Made by a program: the position numbers and the translations under genes
Origin: Octopus bimaculoides
Taxonomy: Eukaryota
Direction of reading: 5' to 3'
Assembly: GCF_001194135.2 (NCBI RefSeq)
Contig: NC_068989.1
Location: 49,034,817-49,098,816 of the forward strand
DNA length: 64,000 nucleotides
In this document: positions 54,463 to 64,000 of the stretch, one piece after another
How positions within the stretch are numbered: position 1 is the stretch's first letter
Layout of the letters: each line of letters begins with the position of its first letter
Notes under the pieces: model-generated
Told to the model about the DNA's origin: nothing
Seen by the model: the letters and a program-made list of their open reading frames with translations, nothing else
Database searches by the model: none

Positions 54463-54683
54463 CTCTTCAGCATTTAAACTGGCCATATCCAGCATAAATT
54501 TTCTATTTGTTTTATGTTAAAACTAGCCAGATCTGGCTTCTCACACCTACCCTACAATGTTATTCCAAAAATTAAACCTTTCCATTATTGAAACCTCAAG
54601 GCTTCAAGATACTGCATGATTAATTCAAAATAATGTGAATAAATAAGCATTACAATTGACAGAGTAATCTGAATGCTAAAGGG
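54463..54683. mobile_element. piggyBac-type MITE, complete
   Basis: TTAA-CTCTTCAGCATT ... AATGCTAAAGGG-TTAA. Confidence 0.88.
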
Positions 54684-56691
54684 TTAAAAGTAAGATTTAT
54701 GCAAAGCTGATAATTCACAGACATATATGTCATGATGAGGATTTGACGATGTAACTAAGAGTTAAGACACACCTTTGCACGTATACTTGCAAAAATTAAT
54801 GTACTTTTGTTTGTTTCCACAATAAGTACTCAGCTGTCCAGTCAGCTGGACAACCTATCATTGAATTAGTATTCAAATAACTGAACATTCCACAGATACA
54901 GGTACCCTTAATGTAATGTCCAGGTGATATCAACAGGACCAAATTGGAGAACAAGTACAGTCCATCCAACAAGGTTTCCTACAATTTATGTTCATTCAGT
55001 TGCACATGGATTGAACTGGAGCTGTGGTAAAGGATACCTACCTATGGTGCCATACATCTGGTTTGAATCTGAGACCACACGATTTCTGAGTGAACTTCTT
55101 AAGCATTTGGTCAAGCTGCATCCATCATCATCATCATCATCATCACCAACATTTAACATCCATTTTCCATGCTCGCATGGGTTGGACAGTGTGTGTGTGT
55201 GCGTGTGCGTGTGTGTGCGTGCGTGTAAAAGGCCCATAAAATATTTGGCAAGAGTGAGATTAATCATCCAGAAACTCTTGGACTCACAGAAATGCCCATA
55301 TTTCTTTTAAGGGGCTGTATCAAGATAAAGACTGATGCCACTTTAATATTTTTAACTGTCACCTCCCTTCTTTTTCTAACACTCATTCCATGCTCCCTTC
55401 CTAAAATTAAATGTATAAAAAAAAAGAAAGAAAAAAAGAAAAAAGAATGCTACCAACAAGTTGATCCACATTAATCATTTCATATTATATGGAATGCCAA
55501 AACCAATTGATCAACTTACTGTTTATTTTAGGGTGACCTTTTTCAAACTAAGAAATGACAACATGGAGGCTATCATATTTAGTAGATATCTGATTACAAT
55601 ACAATATCTGCATCAGAACTGTAAGACTAGAGCATGTGAAGAGCTATGTAAGAAAAAAGGCTGATGGCACTGAAGGGTAATGATAATGACAGTGTCAATT
55701 TTAATGATGATGATGATGATGATAATAATGACAACGCAATGTTTCACATGCATTCCTTCGGTATAAAGCAAAATCTTGGATAAAGAATGAATTATATTCT
55801 GCCTATGTTGTCAGTATTTGAATGTATTTTGATATCGCTGATGGCTATCTCTCGGGAGTTGAGGAAAAGCTCATTTCTAAAAGTCAGAAACTATAGAGTT
55901 ATTACTCACCTCATTGGCTTAATGCCCATACTGGTATATTCCCACACTGACATATCTTAGATAATGCCGTGTTAGAATAGTTCAGTATATATTCTTGTAA
56001 TATTACTGGCATTTGCTGCATACAATTCAATCCAACTTTAGTTCCGTCTATAGCTATCATACAGAATGGTTAAGTCATCTTGGTTAATTAAAGTGACATA
56101 GCTGATATTTAGTTCAATAGCACTGACATAGAATAACCTAAAACCTTATTCACAGTAAAGTTAGTAAAAGGGGTCTCTGAAATGCTTAACAGAAGATTTA
56201 GATGAGAAGATTTAAACATTAAAAACCTAGATGAATCATGAAGTGTTATCACAAATATTAGACGTGGTATATTTTACAATTTATACTAAGGTCAGTTCTT
56301 ATCGGTATCATTTCTAACACTCAAACCATTTTGTAGTTTCAAGACTTCATTGTAAATACTACATATTTCCAATACTCAGAACTGCAAATCTTTAATCTCG
56401 GTAGATTTTCTCACATTTCCTTTCCATTATATATTAATTTATAGCATGTGATATTTCTGAGCCAACAAAGGAACCACTACCTTTTCTCCTGCAAGCTCAA
56501 AAATTGCAATCATTCTATTTCTATGTTTCCTTTCTGTTCAGTTGGGGTTGATTTTATTTTCAGAGCTAGGCCATACACTGGACAGTGAAATAATTTGTTA
56601 AAGTAGCATTTCAAATAACAGCCTCACACAACAGTAAAATTTATTTCCTAACATTACCAGTTTCCAATCAGATGATCAATGAAATAATTAA

Positions 56692-56892
56692 CCCTTTAGC
56701 ATTCAGATTGCTGTGTCAAAAGCAATGCTTATTTTTATTCACATTGTTTTGAATTAATTGTGAATTATCTGATAGCTTTGAGGTTTCAAGGATATGATTG
56801 TTAATTTTTAGAAAGACAAAGTAGGGTAGATTTCAGCAAAAGAACACATAGAATATTTGGGCTGGATATGGCTGGCTTGAATGCTAGAGCGT
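56692..56892. mobile_element. piggyBac-type MITE, right end decayed
   Basis: TTAA-CCCTTTAGCATT start; collinear with 39036-39258. Confidence 0.8.
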
Positions 56893-57125
56893 AAAACAAA
56901 CAACTGGTAAGTTATTGTGGTTAGTGATGGCTGGACATGTTAGCTGTGGAATCTAGTGTACAGTTAGAAAGGAGCAATCTGTTTCACCACATATAAAAAA
57001 AAAAAAAAACCTTCGAAGTTAGAGTAGTACATGTATATGTGGGAGGGGCCATTTATCACTAGATGGAGTCTCAGAGCTACCATCATGACATACAGTATCT
57101 CCATGAATGACCAACTATGTGAGAT

Positions 57126-57520
57126 CATCATCATCATCATCATCGTTTAACGTCCGCTTTCCACGCTAGCATGGGTTGGACAATTTAACTGAGGACTGGT
57201 GAAACTAGATGGCTACACCAGGCTCCAATCTGATTTGGCAGAGTTTCTACAGCTGGATGCCCTTCCTAATGCCAACCACTCCAAGAGTGTAGAAGGTACT
57301 TTTACGTGTCACCCGCACGAAGGCCAGTCAGGCAATACTGGCAACGGCCACACTCAAAATGGTGTATTTTATGTGCCACCCGCACAAGAGCCAGTCCAGG
57401 GGCACTGGCAATGATCTCACTCGAAAGTCCTTACACATGCTGCGGGCACAAGTGCCAGAAAGGCGATGCTGGGCATAGGTGCCATCCCGATTTCGCTTTC
57501 GCTTGCCCCAATAAGTCTTT
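57126..57520 (-). mobile_element. Young module E copy with longer 5' extension
   Basis: CpG-retaining; the first about 185 nt are near-identical to 25110-25310. Confidence 0.85.
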
Positions 57521-58021
57521 GCAAGCTGAGATGTTTTACTTTTACGCACACACACAAATGGCTTATTTTCTATCAAAAAACATAATGAGAAGAATATGTG
57601 GGTTTATGAATATGAGTGTATGGGAATGTTTGTACAAAGGCATGGCTGTGTTGCAAAGAATTATCCTTTTGCATTCATGTGATTCCAGGTTGATCCCATT
57701 GTAAAGCACTTTGGGTAAGTGTCTCCTAATACATGCCTCGGACTGGCCACTGCCTTGGGAATCCATTGGGCAGGTGGAACCATAGAAATTTGTGTGTGTG
57801 TGTGTTTGAAAAAAACGGTGGGTGGTATTTACATTCCTTGTTGACATTACAAATGACTGGTCATTTTTGCACTGTCAAAGACCAGAGAAATAAAAGAAAA
57901 AATCTTTTACTGAGAACTGGCAACATGATATGTATCTGGCTAAAAAAAATAGGTTGTGTCAAAATCAATTTCCATCCAAGTCAAAGCTAGTTTGGAAAAA
58001 CAGACTTTAAATGAACCAATG

Positions 58022-58073
<52 letters not shown>

Positions 58074-58118
58074 TATATTTGATTAATGTTTATATCTTTG
58101 ACTAACATACACTATCAA

Positions 58119-58167
58119 AATAATAATAGTAATAACAATAATAATAACAATAATAATAATAATAATA

Positions 58168-58251
<84 letters not shown>
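58119..58251. repeat. (AAT)n microsatellite
   Basis: Directly visible. Confidence 0.95.
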
Positions 58252-58922
58252 CAAGCAAAGTCCTTAGCAATGAATTATAGTCACTATCTTGTAATACTTG
58301 TCATCAGAAAAGCAGTGAACCAGTGGTTGGTTAGATGGAAAACATGTAAGTAACAACATTATTCTTCACAAATTGTGATATATAAAATAAATAAGAAAGT
58401 TGTAAAATTGTTTTCATAATCACTGGCTGTAAAAGTATGTCCTTGAAGATAGAGAGTTAAGGACATTTGTTGATTTTAAAGTTGGAAAGCTAGAACTACT
58501 CAGATACTTTCTGTCTCAGTGTTTAGAAAAGAGTTAAGCAGAACAAGTTAGAATTGAAAACAAATAACCTTACTGTTACAATAACTATGCCTGAGAGCTT
58601 AATTTCACATGCTATGGCATGATTTACCAGTCTTTGGAAAATAATGCACCAGTTGAGTATTAAAGAATGCAGCTACACACACACACACACATATGTATAA
58701 AAAGATATATTCTACATCAATGGCAAGAAGACAACCTCAAAGTAATCCATAACTCTTTATGAAATCAGCTAATTGATTGAAAAAGATTTTTCCAATAAAA
58801 AAAAAAAAAAAGAAATAAAAACACAATCCAGTTTTGATAATGTGAATAAAATAAAACATTATATTCTTCAGCCCTTGTTAGTTTTCACAGCTACAGTATT
58901 TATATTTCCAGATTATTATTTC

Positions 58923-58962
<40 letters not shown>

Positions 58963-59426
58963 GGAGAAAGAGTTTGTTATTCTTCAGTATATTGGAATAC
59001 ATTTCTTCTATTAATTTATTTTACTGTTTTTATTGAGGGGAGGGGGTCACTTTATTTCTTTGTTTTGTTTTTAACCATTTTCACTTGTTCTCTGATATCA
59101 TTCCACAGTTTTCTAGCTTACACACACACACACACACGCACACGCACACACCCTACCCATACCCACATCACTCCACACCCACCCCTAATCCCCAACAACT
59201 ACCAGCAGAAAGTTCTGTTTTTGCTACTTTCACCTTCACCACTCCAATATCTCTATTAACTGCCTCATTTCAGTCTTACTCCACTACACAGCTGGCAACA
59301 TAGCAAACAACAAAATGTTAGATAAACACATATAAAAATATGAAACGATTCTATGAGAGGGGCAACAGAGATCTCCTGGGGAGGTATCCATTATTCCACT
59401 ACTCTGCATCTCAGCAACAATAACGT

Positions 59427-59462
<36 letters not shown>

Positions 59463-61011
59463 ACATGCATTATAGACACATGCATACATAGACATATACA
59501 TAAATATACACACACGTGTATATGCATAATACATATACACATATGCATATTTATACATGCACACATGCATATACACACATTCTAGTATACAAAGATACCA
59601 TACGTAGACATATATATGTACACATGCACATACATAAATTGCACATATATAAATACTTTGCATATATACATACATTCATAACCTAATTATATATATATNN
59701 NNNNNNNNNNNNNNNNNNNNNNNNNNNNNNNNNNNNNNNNNNNNNNNNNNNNNNNNNNNNNNNNNNNNNNNNNNNNNNNNNNNNNNNNNNNNNNNNNNNN
59801 NNNNNNNNNNNNNNNNNNNNNNNNNNNNNTATATATACACATATATATATATATTCATATCTATCAGTGTGTGTGTGTTGTGCTATTCTTGATTTTATGC
59901 TTCACTACTCAGAGTAATGTTTTTAAATAATAGAGAGCCACCAAAAATAATATAAGTTATAAATAATAGATAACAAGAAAGAAAATAATAGCATCAGTAA
60001 TGATAATAATAATAATAATTGTTAGCAACAGCAACAATAGTAAGAGAAGTTAAAGAAAGAAAAGAGAAAATTCAATTTGTTAGTTTTCTTCTGGCTGCTG
60101 TAGTTTCTTCCTGTAGTTCTCATTCTCCCTGTTATTGTTTGAGGAGTTTTCTACCAATAAATCAATTTAACTTTACACTGGTATGTCGTTATGATTGGTA
60201 TCTAAAAGTTTGGCAACAACCAGGAAGATGTTATCCTAACGATGAGTGCATAGAAATGCATGCCTGTGTTTGCAAGTGTGTCTGTGTGTGTGCACAGATG
60301 CATGTATATTTGTGTGTATTAGGAAAAGTGCTTTGTTTAGAAATCTAGTGAACACATCATTGTGTCCTAGTTTTATCTCTTTTTCCCCTTTATCTAGTTA
60401 TTGTTTGTACTATAAAGAGGCAGCAAAATATGCCAATATCATTTCATCCTGAAGATGAGACCATGGCAGTCCAGAAAGACTGATGATGGATATAGGAATT
60501 TCTTGATTCCAAACAAATTGCATAAAGCTAATGAAAATGAAATATAAAAAGATTCAATATTCAATAAAAAGGTAAAATAGAACATAAATGGGTTGTCAAT
60601 GCAACTATATACATATAAATACATATTGTATTTTAATTTAAGTTTTTTTTTATTTTTTAGCAATGGCTTCTTGGCCACAACTATAAACACCTCCTTCCCT
60701 ATCCCTATTTACATTAGATTCTTTATGTTTTTATTTTTTTTATTTCATCTTGACCACATCTTCCTCACTTAACCAAATGTGCCTGAACTGCTAGCAACTC
60801 ACCACCAGCATATAACTTGGAGTGTAAATGAAATATAAATCTGGTACCTTTTGAAGCATGTTACATCAACTGATGAGGATTACTGCACTGTGTGTTGCAT
60901 CTGATGTCATTACATTATCCCACACCCACTAGGGAGCAATGCAGAATGAAACCAAAATGATTGTTGTGCTAATAAAGCTTCTAGTCTTCCATAGCAATCA
61001 TTTAACACACA

Positions 61012-61050
<39 letters not shown>

Positions 61051-62172
61051 GCACGCACGCACACGCACACACACACACACACATTTCAACCATGTAACCA
61101 CATGCATGCTTTTCTCAGACTATTTTTTTCCTTCTCCCAAGACCTTTCCTCCTTCCAACAAAAGCCATGCTCGAAAAATCAGCCCCCACCCACATTTTTC
61201 CATATGAAAATCAGCATAAACTTAGTACATTCATTGCATATGTCCTTTTGACATTTGCTGTGCATTTCCTGACCAATGAATCGAAACCAGAATCTTACGA
61301 ACATGAGTCCAACACCCCCAACCACTAAGCCACATACCTCCACACACACACACATATACACACATGCATACATATTCATATATATATATATTAATTTATT
61401 TTACACTCATTATACCATCCTAACATGGGTTTTACAGATATATTATTGAGACTGTTCCTACCACAAACTCTTAGTCTTTTTTTTCAAATACAGAATCTCC
61501 TATTTTACATATCTTTGAATGCACAAATTAAGTGGATGACTTGATAGAAGTGACACCATAAAAAATACTCATACCTTGTGATTTTCTAAGAACATGCAAA
61601 TGTAAACACACACAATACATATGTATATATGTGTGTGTGTATCACCAAACATACGTATACACTCAATTACATCAGGTTATTGTCACATGCATGAACAGGC
61701 ACTTGATTACAAGTGAGGAATTCAATATGTGACACAATATGGAATTATAACCTTTATGAATCTGTACAAATACTCACATTAGCACATGTACTACACACTC
61801 ACACACAATATTTAAGCATACATCAAGGTTCTTATACACAAAAAGGACGAGTGAGAAGAGTTTATAAAAAGAGGTAAGACACATTTAGATAAACACGAAT
61901 TCAATAATACCATGTAATTAAACACATTCCCAAATGAAACGAGACCATTTCTTCTCATCAGTATGTGTATCACAACATCTGATCCATTAAATTAAACTGA
62001 CCGGCAATGAGAGTTCTTAGCCAAAGTTAAATTCAAACAGAAGATAACATTTATTTCTACAATAAATCAGAATAAGTGAGGTGATAATTGGGGAGAGAAA
62101 AAAGATGATTGTTTTTGGTAAGGTGGAATCTTGTACAACCTGTTACATGGTTGGGTCACAAGTGACGAAATC

Positions 62173-62264
62173 AGCTAGCCTGGTGAGGAAGATAATTAGA
62201 AACAGCATGGAAAATAAGCTAGCCTGGTGAGGAAGATTATTAGATAGAAACAGCATGGAAAATA
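62173..62264. repeat. Two-copy 44/48-bp tandem duplication
   Basis: AGCTAGCCTGGTGAGGAAGAT..TTAGAAACAGCATGGAAAATA twice. Confidence 0.9.
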
Positions 62265-62689
62265 AAACACAACTTGTCAAAAAGATAGGTGAACCAAGCA
62301 GTCAATAGCTATAAACTAACAGAGTACAGGGATATAGAAATAATTGAAATGGTGAACATGCTGTAAGACCACTTTGGGAGTTATAGACTCTTAGTTCTTG
62401 TCAGAATGGCTGTCTGGCATACGAGCATATAGGGCTCTTTAACTATAGTGGGGCAACCTATGTGCACCGCCCTGCTGCTTTGTAGACAGATGAACATTAA
62501 GAAGGAAAATACAAATTTAAGGAGGTTTCTGATAGATTGGATTTCCTGTCAAACTGTAACAGTCAAAACAGCCCAACTGAAAAAAGTCAAACCGTAACAA
62601 TGAAGATTTCATTTACCACTGCTTAGCACACTCACCCTGTAGTTTCATTACGATGAGCCATTGATTTGCTCTACCAGCCAACATATTCT

Positions 62690-62978
62690 TTTATTTGTTT
62701 CAGTCATTTGACTGTGGCTATGCTGGAGCACCGCTTTTAGTTGAACAAATCGACACCAGGACTTATTCTTCGTAAGCCTAGTACTTATTCTACTGGTCTC
62801 TTTTGCTGAACCACCAACATCAGTTGTCAAGCAATGGTGGGGGACAAACACAGACACACAAACAAATATATACACACATAGTAGAAGACACTTGACCAAG
62901 GTGCCAAGCAGTGGGACTGAATCCATAACCATGTGGTTGGGAAGCAAGCTTCTTACCACACAGCCACTCCTGCGCCTA
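62690..62978 (-). mobile_element. SINE family C/D with internal deletions
   Basis: Collinear with 40866-41272. Confidence 0.85.
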
Positions 62979-63580
62979 TGTTGACTGGAAATACATAAGA
63001 GAGATTGTCTCTCTTATCAGCTCGCAGTGCCATTGTCCAGTTTCTGTGACTGAAGAGGAGATAAGTGCTCTGAAATGCTTGCATCTCACAGTCTAGATAG
63101 GTGGCACTGTGAGCTGATTTGGATGTACTTACACCAAAATGTCTACACAGCGAGAAATTTTCTCCATGACAAAACACAATGAATGGCTTGTTTACAAGTT
63201 TGAATGCAGTTTTACTCATCACCGCTCAGCACACTCACCCAATAAAGTAAAGTTTGAGTCTTTATATCTCCTACACAGAAGGAGGGGGTCGGGCAATAGA
63301 CAAGCTGGTGATACACATGTCTATCACTTATGTGTTTACGTATGAAGGAGGGTAGTCACTTTTCAGTCACATGGTTTCACTGCAAGATATTTTCTACCAT
63401 AGCCTTAAACTAACTGATATTTTGTGAGGAAATTTGATAGACAGAAACTGTGCAGAAGCCCATATGGCCTATATGAGTATATGTGTCTACCTGGATACCA
63501 TGTAAAAGTTAGTTGCTGTATATATGCTGCAAGTTATCAGTTGACAAATAGACTCCAATAAGTTTGTGTGTGTGTACAAA

Positions 63581-63631
<51 letters not shown>

Positions 63632-64000
63632 TAGCAGTAAAGCTACATAAGTCTTCCAAGGACTGAGAGTTTCATGTTTTGCACTAACCAAACTAAGTTA
63701 TGTATTGCAATTTTTCGCTTTATATAGAAGAAAATATGATTATTCTAGATACTTCTGTCAAAATACCATTGGACTGTCATGCAATAATGCAATATTTTCA
63801 AAATAGTCCATTAAGCAAAGGGAAAAAAATAAAATAATACTAAGTAAAAATAACTTGGGGTCATAAATAATGTCAAACATACAAATATATGCACAGACAC
63901 ATGCATATATATAAAATACATAGATACATACATATATAAATACACATAAGCACAAAATGTTTACACATACACACACGTATATATATATATATATATATAT

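Noticed and set aside
31366-55620. Scattered plus-strand exon-like segments (about 31366, 37440, 53369, 54298, 55533)
   Set aside because: Splice-like motifs are frequent in AT-rich DNA; the segments do not chain in phase or give a recognisable peptide.
55910-56137. 228-nt segment with strong minus-strand splice sites and three in-frame TAA stops (possible pseudo-exon or recoding)
   Set aside because: Three stops in 75 codons is close to background for this base composition, and no homology was recognised.
10404-59858. Long ORFs made of YIYI, THTH, CVCV or X runs (e.g. 16990-17724, 46076-46861, 50176-50838, 51110-51638)
   Set aside because: They are translations of dinucleotide microsatellites and of N-gaps (10518-10669, 12240-12339, 14150-14219, 15317-15326, 17432-17541, 23497-23536, 24015-24105, 43742-43873, 46285-46697, 51201-51581, 59699-59829).

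Overview
AT-rich eukaryotic genomic DNA, dense in repeats and microsatellites, with 11 N-gaps mostly flanked by (TA)n. The repeat families look like those of a coleoid cephalopod (Octopus-like); this is recognition from memory, not verified. I could not identify any protein-coding host gene. Most ORFs in the supplied track are microsatellite, gap or SINE artefacts; only a low-confidence cluster of minus-strand exon candidates at 8.1-9.7 kb remains. Recognisable content is mobile DNA: a fairly intact 5'-truncated Penelope-like element (RT thumb + GIY-YIG endonuclease), older PLE fragments, a DD37D-type Tc1/mariner fragment, a CR1-type LINE 3' end, mariner-, pogo-, piggyBac- and hAT-type MITEs, a DINE-1/Helentron-like element, and many copies of about four tRNA-SINE modules. 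Three observations stand out: (1) a complete minimal type I hammerhead ribozyme in the PLE 3' end (13631-13673); (2) a short tRNA-headed element with a 200-bp foldback and a hammerhead core, resembling a PLE-mobilised retrozyme or SINE (29820-30150); (3) a SINE whose head is cleanly inverted between 12-bp target-site duplications, the twin-priming signature (597-944). Repeat boundaries are read by eye and approximate to about 10-20 bp unless termini are quoted.
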